Source: Camelus dromedarius (taxonomy: Eukaryota). Taken from it: DNA of 64,000 nucleotides. The stretch spans positions 64,976,001 to 65,040,000 of the forward strand of contig NC_087443.1 in the NCBI RefSeq assembly GCF_036321535.1. The letters run 5' to 3'. The translations under genes were made by a program, and so were the position numbers. A model generated the notes under the pieces. It did not search any database. It saw only the letters and a list, made by a program, of their open reading frames with translations, and was not told where the DNA came from. This document shows positions 11,957-23,099 of this stretch, in pieces (the first letter of the stretch is position 1; each line of letters starts with the position of its first letter).

Positions 11957-12586
11957 GTAATTTGGTGCAACTACTATGGAAAACAGTATGGAAATTACTT
12001 TAAAAACTAAAGATAGAGTTACCATATGATCCAGTAATATCACTCCTGGCCATATATCCAGAGGAAACTCTAATTCAAAAGATACAGGTACCCCAATGTT
12101 CATAGCAGGACTATTTACAATAGCCAAGACATGGAAGCAACCTAAATGATCACTGACAGATGACTGGATAAAGAAGTTGTGGTGTACATATACAATGGAA
12201 TACTACTCAGCCATAAAAAAGAATGAAATAACGCCATTTGCAGCAACATGGATGGACCTGGAGATTATCAAATTAAGTGAAGTAAGCCAAAAAAAAGAAA
12301 GACAAATACCATATGATATTACTTATATGTGGAATCTAAAACAATGGCACAAATGAACTTATTTACAAAACAGAAACAGACTCACATGGTTACCAGCAAG
12401 GGAGAAAGTGGGGGATAAATTGGGAGTTCAAGATTAGCAGATACAAACTACTATATATAAAATAGATAAACAAGGACAACAGGAAACTATATCCAACATC
12501 TTGTAATAACCTATATTGGAAAAGAATATGAAAAGGAATATATATAACTGAATCACTATGCTGCACATCAGAAGCTAACACATTGT
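11957..12586 (+). mobile_element. Young L1 (ORF2 C-terminus plus 3'UTR) nested in MLT1
   Basis: The ORF track gives LVQLLWKTVWKLL (L1 ORF2p C-terminal motif). CATATGATCCAGTAATATCACTCCTGGCCATATATCC and 3' GAATCACTATGCTGCACATCAGAAGCTAACAC are also present. Confidence 0.9.
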
Positions 12587-12724
12587 NNNNNNNNNNNNNN
12601 NNNNNNNNNNNNNNNNNNNNNNNNNNNNNNNNNNNNNNNNNNNNNNNNNNNNNNNNNNNNNNNNNNNNNNNNNNNNNNNNNNNNNNNNNNNNNNNNNNNN
12701 NNNNNNNNNNNNNNNNNNNNNNNN
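12587..12724. other. N-run (138 nt) at the L1/MLT1 junction
   Basis: Seen directly in the sequence. Confidence 0.99.
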
Positions 12725-14231
12725 AACTCAACCCGTAACAGGGAAGAATAGCAAATATAAGAAAAGAAAAGTACCTTTAGGAAAATCTGTCTCTTTTAAC
12801 TTATTGTACATATGTTTAAAATCCAAATATGCTTGTGTAGCAAATTTCAAAACAGGGAAAATTTTTTTCTTTCTATAACTTTTATTTTAGAACATTGTTG
12901 CCATACAGATAGGATTTATACTAAAATGGGCCTGATTTTCTGCAGCTCACTCTGAGGGAAATGTAGGGCCCATTATGAAAAAATGTCCAGTAACTTTAAT
13001 AGCAGGAGAGTTCTCATATTCAACTTATGTAATATGAATCTTCCTAGGTTTTCACTTTGAGGAAATGTTCTGAAGCTATTAAGTTTCACATTAGTTGGCA
13101 CAGGCTGAGCAAAGTAGAAAATACTGCCTATTTCTAAAAACTAATATATGGTCTGATATATTATCTGTCCCAAAGATACAATGAATTCCTGCCAATGCTA
13201 ACACAAGAAGAGATTAGGCAGTTGGCATTGGCGTTGGTTGCAGACGAGCCCCTGGTACTGTGCCTTCCTCTCCCTCTTCATGGTTTGCATCATCAGCTGA
13301 AAGGGAAGGATGACATCTCAAAGAGCCTTTCTTTGAGGCACAGGTGATTATTGAGCTGGCTCCATTGACACTGCCCCTGCTTCTTGGATTGTTGTGAGCC
13401 TTCCTGATTCCCTAAACTTACACTGAGTGAAATCCCCACTTTACAAGCTCTCATAAAATCACTCCCCTATGTAACATAAATAACAGTTAAATATACATTT
13501 AATTCCATGGTAATTTGCTAATTCTATCTCCATCATTAGTCTATAAGCCCCAGGACTGCCGGGACCTTGTATGTTCCATTTACCTTTATGCCTCTCATCA
13601 ACCAGGCCTGGAGACGTGAAAGCCAATTCTGGAAACAAGCGGTGCCAACATGACTCTGAATGGTTATTGCTCTTGCTAAGTGACACTAGTTTTAAATTCC
13701 AGCATACAGCTTCCTAATTATCCCTAATTAGAGCAACTAGAAATGACATTTTTTCTCTGCATGGACTAAATCAAATCTGGGACAATGAACATGTACTTCA
13801 AAAATATTTATATACAAAATGACACACAAAACTGCATGTGCTTATAGATGCATATATAATTTAAAATCCTAAAAATGTCTCAAATATTATTCTCTTGTGT
13901 TTTTTTTTCTCTGAATTCTTACGGCACTCTCAACACAGCCTGAATATTGAAGAAGTATCCATTGTTCACTTTCTCATGAATCATCACTGTCATAATGTAA
14001 AATAATAATAAGATCTATTATCCTAACTCACCACTGAGCCCTTAGAACATACACAGGAAATATTTATGGCATCTAAGCTGGCAATCCAGCTGGTGATAAA
14101 ATACCCTCCCCAGTATCTCCAACAAGGAAATAGAGCTAAAGTTAAAGATCTCATTGTCTCCTGCAAAATCCATTTTATCTCTCATCTGAATCCCAGACCC
14201 ACATATTCTGTTAGGCATCTCTACTTGTAGC

Positions 14232-14421
14232 TCCATCAAACCTGTTTTTGTAAATAAAGTTTTATTTGAGCACAGCCCCATTCATTCATTTACATACTGT
14301 CCCAGGACTGCTTTCATGCTGCAATGGCAGAACTGAGTTAATTGTCATAGAGGCCATATGATCCCCCAAAGCCAAAAATACTTATCACCTTGTCCTTCAC
14401 AGAAGAAGTCTGAATGATCTG
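14232..14421 (+). mobile_element. MER58A (hAT-Charlie) DNA transposon, left end lost
   Basis: CCTGTTTTTGTAAATAAAGTTTTATTTGAGCACAGCC...GCTGCAATGGCAGAACTGAG...AAAGCCAAAAATACTTATC...CCTTCACAGAAGAAGTCTG. Confidence 0.8.
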
Positions 14422-14434
14422 TTTACTGCTTCTG

Positions 14435-14585
14435 CCCTGAATTTCTACTTTCTTATCCCTAAAGTGGGGATAATAATAATAATAAGATCTACCTCATAAT
14501 GATCTTAAGCTATTAAATATGGTACTATTCATAAATCATTTAGCAGGTGCCTGGCACATAATAAGCACTAACACATAACGGCTCT
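14435..14585 (+). mobile_element. MIR
   Basis: TTTCTTATCCCTAAAGTGGGGATAATAATA...CTACCTCATAATG...GCAGGTGCCTGGCACATAATAAGCACT. Confidence 0.7.
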
Positions 14586-14609
14586 TTGTATGAATCACAT
14601 CACCCCCCT

Positions 14610-14840
14610 ACCTTGGTCTACCATATAAGCCCCTACTCATATTTCAAGAATATTCTCTGACTTGCTTTCCCCTATTCCACCGCCTCCTCAGCCCTCCACT
14701 GTGCTCCCCCCATAACCTGCCGATACCTTTACTTTCGTTCTTACTTCATTACAGAGTCTTCTGTCTGCCTTCAGAAGACCATGAACACCTTGAGGGCAGG
14801 GGTTGTGCCACATTAATTTTGAATCCACAGAGCCAGCATC
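14610..14840 (+). mobile_element. L2 3' fragment
   Basis: AGACCATGAACACCTTGAGGGCAGGGGTTGTG...TTTTGAATCCACAGAGCCAGCA. Confidence 0.5.
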
Positions 14841-16644
14841 TTGTTCACTTCTGGCTTTCACGGCAGGCAAGCTCCTCATGGGAGGTTACATAACGTCAGC
14901 ATCAGAGGATGTGTTTTCACAGACAGGGAGTTTGCCAGGGCATTGGTGTTTTTTGGCTTGATGGAGGTCATTCATTCAATTGACTTCCAAATCTGTAGTT
15001 GGAAGTTATATTTTGGCAGTTGAGCTCTGATCAACATGAGAGCTCAAAAAGCAGGCACCCACTGAGGACTCCAGTTCCAAATAAGTGTGATACCTGTGAT
15101 GCAGCCAAGCCCCAAATCACACCACCAGCAGCTGACTTTGATTTTAGCCCTTTGTGTGGTTTCATATTCATTCTTTCTCAAGGAATCTTGAATGGGCAGG
15201 AAAGTACCAACTGCTGATTTATTTGTTTAAAAAAATTTTTGCCACAGAGAAACTGGCATTTAGGGCAAATCTGAGATATACTCGCATAAAAGATAAAATA
15301 TGGACTCTCTTTTTTGCCTGTCTGTTTGTTTGTTTTTGAATCTGCCAATTTTTCCAGCTTTCCAAAAATGGTAAACACAGAGGGGCTCATTTTCCATCTT
15401 TCCATCTAGAATTTCAGAATAGCCTCTCACTGTTTTGGCAACTTTGCCCTTTCTAGAAAGATTATAATCTCCAGGATTAAGAATATGCTATTTAACCCCC
15501 CAAAAAACTACTGCAATTTTAAAGTTCAATCCTCTTATAGAGAAGATTGTTTTCCTTTCCCTGTTATGACATGTCAGGATGCCCTGAACTTGATCATCAT
15601 TCAGAGAGTTTTGTTGAAAGGCTAAATTTTAAAAGATATGCACAGATTCCAATTGTTCTAGCAGAAAATTTTCAGTCCACTAAATATCATCTGCAAAATG
15701 CTTTGCATTTACATCCAGACAACTTCAATGGCCCTTTCTCCTGACTATTCAGGATTACTCAACAATACCAGGAGCAGCTATGTATTGTCACCAGACACCA
15801 CAACTTGAGCAGAACTGTCAATTTTCAGTTAAATCTCAAACCCAGCTTCCCTCTTCCTTGCTTCCATTCACATTCCTTAAATCATGTCCAAATGACTCTT
15901 ACCACTTGATTTCAGAGACACTGGTGTTATACAATACTTAACTCAAGCAAGACTTCTCTGTTTCCTTCTATCTTCTGTACAGGGGGAATAGAACCACTGA
16001 TTATGCAAAAAGCTTTTAACTTTACCAAGATATTTTTGGTAATCTTACACTCTAAAAGGAAAAACACTTCATGTTAGAAATTTCAAATACCTCGCCTCTC
16101 TTATTCTCATAAAGACAAATTAAAAGGCTTATTATATTTGGGTTCTAATATACTGTATTATTATAAATAATGAATCCTCCTAAAAAAGGAAAAGCTGTCA
16201 TAAGGACTTCTCAATAAGCTCTCATTACCTCACAGTTTATGTTTTACGTCTATGTTGGATTTGATATCTTCTTTTTATGATGATTTGCTGGATTATTGTA
16301 TATTGCACTTAACTCAAGAAAAGTGATTTTTCAAAAAATCAAGAATATAAGTAATTTAAGGTAAGAATAAGTTGAATTCTCTGTTTAAACCTAATTATTG
16401 GAAGAGATAAAAGCCTAAACACACACACACACACATTTCCTTAATTAGGTTCATAGAATATTAAACACTTTCTGACACATGATTTTTGCCCCCATCTTAT
16501 AGGTATAGCATATTAATATTTTATAGTCATTCTTTCTCTTCCCCACATCCCAACTTTACTCTTTCTTTATACCTTTGCCTGAACTTGAATTGACTCCTTT
16601 TTAATTTTACACACAAATATTACTTAAATGCCACATTAAGTATA

Positions 16645-17370
16645 TTTTAAGCTATGTCACTCATCTCTAAATCAACCCATATATATACTCTGCTTTGTAA
16701 TGATGTGGTTGGAATGCTGAAAACTCTATTTCTCATCTTTTCCGATGGCTTCCTGTTAAGTTCCACCAAAATGAAGTGGTAGATTGGAACTGGAAGGTGG
16801 GAAGAGTAGGAAAAATCTGGTCCCTTCCTAGTTTCCTGCTCTTTTGTCAGCATCGCTCCAGCTTCACTCCAGCAATGAGTCACAGTTAGCCCCAGTATCC
16901 AGTAATTTTGGTCCTCCAGGAACCAACACCATTGTGTTCCCTCAGAGAGATAAGTGCTTACTGTGAAATGGCCCATTCCCAAAGGTCTGGACCCAAACTC
17001 TGTGGTGTTCAACCTCTGATCTCCTGTGGTAGCAAGAGTAGTCAAGCATTGCCTCCTCTTCAGAGTTGGGAACCTAGCTTCTCAGTACCCCTTCTCTAAG
17101 CTCCTGTGCTATAAGCTGCAGCTGTATGGCACCCCCTTTCAGATCTTTGAGTTTCGTTTCTCTAGGGCATCTTCTCTGAGTTCCAGATTCTGGAAATTTC
17201 ACTCCCTTTTCTTCATGCCTCAAGCCTTAGGGATCTAACTCTGTTGTACCTTAGTGTTTTGGTTTTCCATTCTTTAACACCTCTTCTTCCAGTTCAGTAT
17301 ACTAAGTTATTTCTGCTGCCATGTTTAGTACGATTTTTCTGTTCCTAACTGAACCCTGAGTAGGATATCA
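16645..17370 (+). mobile_element. ERV-L LTR (LTR16-family-like), 5' LTR
   Basis: CTCTGCTTTGTAATGATG...GGCTTCCTGTTAAGTTC...CAGCATCGCTCCAGC. Ends ...CTGAACCCTGAGTAGGATATCA, immediately before a degenerate tRNA-Leu-type PBS (TGGTAC at 17374). Confidence 0.6.
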
Positions 17371-17792
17371 TATTGGTACAAACATAGTCCCAGGCTACAA
17401 AACCTCTAAATGAGACTCATGGATTGGTTTCATTGTATCCTTGGCCTTGAACAATGTGCTGAGCTCCTTGCAAGTGGGAAAAGAGAAATCAGTAATTCTT
17501 GGCATGCTGGGCATTGTGATTAATTAAATTGTCGTCTGAGGTTAATTGTGATAAAGTATCTAAAGACATTTGTGGAACCAAGTGCCTGCTCTTGATGCAT
17601 ATGGGCTAAGATATTTTCTTACTGTGCTGGAGAGCATGGGGAAAGTGACTAGCTCAAGGTTTTAAACTCTTATCTCAATTGGTGGACAAAGAAAAGATCT
17701 TCAATCTTCCCTAAAAGAATCTTATTTACACTCAAAATTCAATTATGTGGGTTGCAGAATTAAAAACTAGGTTGAATTCACATACTCCCAGT
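17371..17792 (+). mobile_element. ERV-L internal leader/gag start (ERV3-16A3-like)
   Basis: TCCTTGGCCTTGAACAATGTGCTGAGCTCCTTGCAAGTGGGAAA and CCCTAAAAGAATCTTA...TGTGGGTTGCAGAATTA...GTTGAATTCACA match the ERV3-16A3/ERV-L 5' internal region. Confidence 0.65.
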
Positions 17793-18689
17793 GCTTGACA
17801 ACCCAAGGCTTGGAAAAAGTAAGAAGTATTACAGTATGCTTGGAGGCCATCTTGTTTCCTTGTTTTTAATATTCTTATAGCTGCTGGTCACAAAACTTCA
17901 GAGTAAGCAAAAATGGGCAATTTAATGATCTCATTGTACTTTCCAGAAAGATAGCAGTATCTTGGAGTATCTGCATTGAGATGGTAGAGGTCACAATTGG
18001 GTATCGATATATAATCATGCAGAGAAAGTCGATTAAATGAGAAAAGATTCTCCAAGCAACCCTAGAATGCAGATAATATGTCCATTTCACTTGACCTCAG
18101 ACAATAAGTGGGAGAATTTGTGGGAGATGTTGACAGTCCCTTGAACAGTAAAAAGGAGGGTATGACTCCTGCAGCTTATGGCCCTGTACTGTAGTTTTTC
18201 ATTTCCTTTTGTTTAGGTCTCCTCACTGACATTGGTTCACTGATTCACAGGAGTAGGGCTCAGTAGCCATGTTCATTACCCTGACCCTCTGGCCACAGTG
18301 GCCTGGCTGTTACCTGACACAAGGGGACAGATTTCCAAAACGAGCTACTTTTATCTTCTTGCAAATAACCATGTTGCTGGGTCTTGGCATTGTGCCTTAC
18401 ACTTAGTAAAACACTATTTCTTCTTCACCTCCAGCCTTCAGATCATAATCCCACTCCTTAGTGAACAACATTCCTCACATCTTGATTACCTAGATCAGGC
18501 AGGTTTACACATCATCTGATTTGGGGGTTAACACCTGTAATGATATTCCCTTTCTAGACTAACATGTCATCACCCCAATCTTTCCTACTAAAGTCAAGAG
18601 GGGGCATGAGATGGTCAAGTGCAGTCAAGCACACTGTAGACTATAAAGCATGACCCAGCCACCCTTAGAAATAATTCATACATAGTTTC

Positions 18690-18915
18690 CATCAGCCATT
18701 CATTCAGATTATGGGGTTCCCTTCATTTCAGTCACCCAGAACATAGTCATTAAGTGACAAGAACAGTATTTGGAATACAGTGGAGAGAAACATAGACCCA
18801 GCACTGCCGTTATGGAACATGGAAATCTAACAGGGAGAACAGACATTATCAAACAACTACAGAAACAGCATAGCTTTTCAGACTCTGACAAGTGCTATGA
18901 TTGATAAACAGAGGT
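18690..18915 (-). mobile_element. L2 3' end
   Basis: CATTCATTCAG...TTTGGAATACAGTGGAGAGAAACATAGACCCAGCACTGCCGTTATGGAAC...CAGACATTATCAAACA...AAGTGCTATG. Confidence 0.6.
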
Positions 18916-19148
18916 GGGATAAGCAGGGAAACTGGGTCTGGTTTTCCTGTTCATGGTTGAGGTGGGGTGTTTTCTGCCAGCAGTTGTCTCAGGGACATAA
19001 ACATTTTTAAGAAATGTACCTACTGCAAGGAAGCAACAAGAGCCTGAAATCCATTCTCTGTTACAATCTGTGTGGCTTAAGCCTGTAACCTAAGCTGGGA
19101 ACGCAAATTCCTGACACTGTTTCCTCATTTATTCTGCCAGTTACTGCC

Positions 19149-19527
19149 TATTACGGACAGAATATCTGCTTCCCACCAAAATTCATGTATTGAAACCCTA
19201 CCCTGCTCCACGATGGTACTGGCAATTTGGGTCTTTGGGAGATAATTAGGATTTGATGAGGTCATGAGGGTAGAGCCCTCATAAATGGAATTAGTGTGTT
19301 TATCATATTCACAAAAGAGCTTGCTTCCTCTCTGACGTCTGAGACATGAGGATACAGCGAGAAGTCGGCTGACTGCCACTTGGAAGAGGGCTCTCACCTG
19401 AGCTTAACGATGCTGGAGCTCTGGTCTTGGACTTTCACCCTCCAAGACTATAAGAAATAATATTCAGCACTTTATAAGCCATCCAGTCTATGGTACTTTC
19501 TTGGCGCAACCTGAATTGACTAAGAGA
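19149..19527 (+). mobile_element. MaLR solo LTR (MLT1A0-like), full length
   Basis: TATTACGGACAGAAT...CCAAAATTCATGTATTGAA...GGATTTGATGAGGTCATGAGGGTAGAGCCCTCAT...AAGCCATCCAGTCTATGGTA...GACTAAGAGA. Perfect 5-bp TSD CTGCC (19144-19148 and 19528-19532). Confidence 0.92.
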
Positions 19528-20804
19528 CTGCCTACCAAGGTTCACCAACAGGGCATCTTCAAAGGAACCCATGCAGCTCCTCACTGTCCTCTAACCAGTT
19601 CTGCCTTCCACATTTGTTCCCGGAGAGCAGTGTGTCCATGTCTACATCCTGCTGCCACCATCACTCACTGAGCAGAGATCAAGGCAGTGAAGGACTAGGC
19701 AAACTCACCAACACATTGGGCTCTGAGCCCAGAGCTTGTACAGGCTGTACTTCAAAGAATCTTGGAATGAGAGGATTTTCTCTCTGCACATCAACTGGCA
19801 AGAGACAAAAACTGAGATTTGTAGGAGTCCAAAGCCCTTCTTGGTATTTCTGAGAATATCTAGATACTGCTGTTCCTGTGGCCTCCTCTTCCTCTTGGCT
19901 CCAGACTCTTCATTCAGGGTTCTGGTTGCTCATCACACTGACCCAGACTTAAGATTCAGTCCCTTCATCGATTTCTCATCCATCTTCCACCAATATTCCC
20001 AACTCACAGGACATATGTATGCATGACTTCATAAGAGTGGATATAACATCACACACAACAGGATAAACAAAACGGTCTAGTTCTCCTCTCCAAAGAAATT
20101 TTTGGCAATCTCATTACGTAGGACCTAGTCCAAAATCCATTCTCCCCTCTAATCTCTCATTTCTTCTTTTGTTCATCCTCTTCCTGCCTAAAGCCACCAA
20201 ATCCACTCTGTGTCAAAGCAGAGGCACTTGGACCTTATTTCTTTAGTCCTCACATACCACACTTTGCACCACTTGATTTTTGTATATGTACTTCTCTCCC
20301 TAAATGGAATCCTGGTGCCTGGTGTTTTAGGATAAAACATGCTCCCCCTATTTTACACAGCACTGCTGCAGAGAGGGGATTAGGAGTCACCTCGCAGCTC
20401 CTGTGATAATTCCAAACTGAATTTGCCACCTTGCTTCCCCCCTGACTGAAGGAAGGACTTGCCACAGCAGAGGCACAGCAAGTCCATGGCTGTGCCATCA
20501 CCTCATCAAACTCCAGCGGGGCCCTGATCTCAGTCCAGGATGAATCACAACTTCACAGTATCAGAAATCAATGGAAGTACCTAACTTCCGTTCAAAGAGC
20601 CACTAGTGCCATTTGTGGTAGATGGTCACACACTGCAGTAACTGGCTGTTTTCCTTCGAACATTGAGATATATAATAGGGATGTGTGAAAATTGTCCATG
20701 CACAGATGGAGTAGTACAGACATTTCTGGAACAGATACAAATGAGTGGAAAGCTATATTCAAATCACTGAAATCCAGCAATTAGATTATTCAGATATCTA
20801 AATC

Positions 20805-20980
20805 AGTTTTGGAGTCAGACCAATCTGGGTTCTATTTCCAATTATTCATTTACTTGCTAAGTATCTTTAAGTAAATGGCTTAATTCTTCCCACTTATTTA
20901 TACAATGAGGCTAATGTTCATTATCCCATAGGTTCAAAATGAGACAATGAATTTAGTAAGTGTTCAATAAAAGGCAGTTC
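20805..20980 (+). mobile_element. MIR
   Basis: TTGGAGTCAGACCAATCTGGGTTCTATTTCC...AAATGGCTTAA...AGTAAGTGTTCAATAAAAGGCAGTT. Confidence 0.65.
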
Positions 20981-21425
20981 TCACAAAGAGAAGTCACATG
21001 GGAAATGAGCCAGTGCACACACTGAAGCTTTTGTGTGTGCACAGTTACATACACAGTTACTCACAAGCAAAACAATTTTAAAACGTAGCACCCAAAAGCC
21101 TATCACTTAATTAAACTAAATCTCTTTCTTGCTTTCTTATTTGAAACACTTTTAAACAGAGGAGAATAGATTCAAATTTTCTATTGGCAGCCCTGTTATA
21201 CATGGTCAGTGACACTTTTCCTATTTTGCTTAGAATCAACACCCACTTCTTATTGGACTCTTCACCAACATCGTACAGCTAACAAGCTAGGGAAAATTGT
21301 CTAAATGAGACGTAATAAACATATTATTCATCCACAATCTGAAACGTAGTTTTCCATACACATTTGTTCCTGGGAAATAACCACACATTTCTAAATAGCA
21401 TTATTATTAGAAGGACTCTGGGGGA

Positions 21426-21429
21426 AAAC

Positions 21430-21461
<32 letters not shown>
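21426..21461 (+). repeat. (AAAAC)n simple repeat
   Basis: AAAACAAAACAAAACAAAACAAAAACAAAAACAAAA seen directly. Confidence 0.9.
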
Positions 21462-21462
<1 letters not shown>

Positions 21463-22469
21463 TTGCAACCATTTTAGCCCCTGCATTAAAAACACTTTAC
21501 TTTTTGCTCTGACTGCCTCAAGATATCTACAGATCCCACCCTCCACTCCTGTCCTTCAGCTCCATAAATCTTCTTCTTGGGGTTCTTTTTGTGGCACACA
21601 AGCTATGAGTGGATGTGAGTCACTTATGTTATAAAACTGCTGCCCTAATGAGATGATATATTTACTCATTAAAACAATAAACACAGCTGCAAAATGAACC
21701 ATAAAAAAAAAACCCAATGACCTGCAGATTTCTCTACCCAAAGTGTCAGCTTTAATTGAGGAATAAATTAAACAATCCATCTTCTCCCATCATCTGTTTC
21801 TTGATATTCTTGTGTACCTATGGTATTCAAGAGCAGTCAGCATTACTTGCACTAATTACAGAATCACAGAACTCCACATGGAAATTCATTGGCCTTGTAA
21901 TACAATTTTGAGAACACTTAAAATATTGTGGCTCTTTCAATGAACTCATATCTAATGATTAAACAGAACTATATCCACTTATTAACAGTTTTTGCTTTAC
22001 CATGTCAATACTAGTAAGATTTCTCTTTATTAGGGTCCTACAGGCAATGATGGAAGTGATATATCATATATTAAGAGAAATAATCTAATCTGTGTTTCAA
22101 GTGGTGATTCCCAGGTGTGTGTAGAGGAGAAAAGGGACTATTTCATGTAAATTATACCACAAAACTAATTTTTCCTACTAATAGTACTCAGAGGTGAAGG
22201 CTGAAATAACCAACAGACGCTGGAACCATTTAAACATAATTGTACCAATTTGTTTTTCCCCAACACATGTTATAATCCTAAAATGATATAGCATATGTCA
22301 CTACAGGGAAAAGTCACAATAGTTTCGTTTATGTTTTTCAAATATTTTAGTTTTACTCCTTCTCTACTCTAAAACTTCCAGCTTATTTTTTTTTAAACCT
22401 CCTGGCTCATCCATGTATCAAGTGAAAAAATGTTTAAAAATATTTGGGGATAGGTAAGTGATATAATTC

Positions 22470-22711
22470 TTAACTTAAACATCTTTATTTGAAAATTTTT
22501 ATTTTTTCAGTTTACATAATTAATTCCCAGTCACTGAAAAAATAAAGAAAATAGAACATAAAATAATCAAAAAGAAAAGAAAACATCCACATTCCTATCA
22601 TCCAGAAATAATTGTTCCTAATACTCTGAACTATATAATTCCAGACTTCTTTTCAAAACACAATGACATAATACTCTTTTTGTTTTGTTTTGTAAGGTAT
22701 CATATAGCCAT
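22470..22711 (-). mobile_element. L1ME-like 3' fragment
   Basis: AAAGAAAAGAAAACATCCACATTCCTATCATCCAGAAATAATTG...TATATAATTCCAGACTTCTTTT. Confidence 0.45.
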
Positions 22712-23022
22712 TTCATTTTTCGCAGCATATTGAGGTATAATTGATAAAATAAAATTGTATTTTTTAAGATGTATTAACATGATAATTTTATATAGAGATA
22801 TATATATACATTGTGAAATGATTACCAATATCAAGCCAATTAACATATCCATCACCTCACATAACTACCACTGTGTGTGTGGTGTGTGGTGAGAACATTT
22901 AAGACCTACTCTTTTTTAGGAACTGTCAGCTATATGATACAGCATTATCAACTGTAATCAGCATGCCGTACATAAGATTCCCAGAACTTATTTATCTTAT
23001 AAATGAAAGTTTGTACCCTTTA
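22712..23022 (-). mobile_element. L1MA9/MA10/MB1-like 3' end
   Basis: ATTGAGGTATAATTGA...CATTGTGAAATGATTACC...TTAACATATCCATCACCTCACAT...GGTGAGAACATTTAAGACCTACTC...GAAAGTTTGTACCCTTT. Confidence 0.85.
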
Positions 23023-23099
23023 GCATTTGTGAAGTCCTACTGAGCCACTGTTATAGATTTAACCAACCTAAGTCAGAATTTTCAATAGTTGGCTCTTAA

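Larger units (their letters stand above)
11650..12740 (-). mobile_element. MaLR solo LTR (MLT1B/C-like) disrupted by an L1 insertion
   Basis: Starts TGCATTAGTTTGCTAGAGCTGTCACAGCAAAGTACCACAG...GAAGTCCAAGATCAAGG and ends AACTCAACCCGTAACA. The 5-bp TSD TGGAA/GGGAA matches at 4 of 5 positions. Confidence 0.8.

Noticed and set aside
14885-14894. Perfect PAR-bZIP/NFIL3 D-box GTTACATAAC beside a half-CRE
   Set aside because: About one or more such matches are expected by chance in 64 kb of AT-rich DNA.
20380-20487. Minus-strand peptide MDLLCLCCGKSFLQS... resembling a C2H2 finger
   Set aside because: No histidine pair, no linker, single short frame; coincidental.
21013-21042. Perfect 10-bp hairpin GTGCACACAC/GTGTGTGCAC
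   Set aside because: A stem of this length is expected about once per window and involves (CA)/(TG) low complexity.
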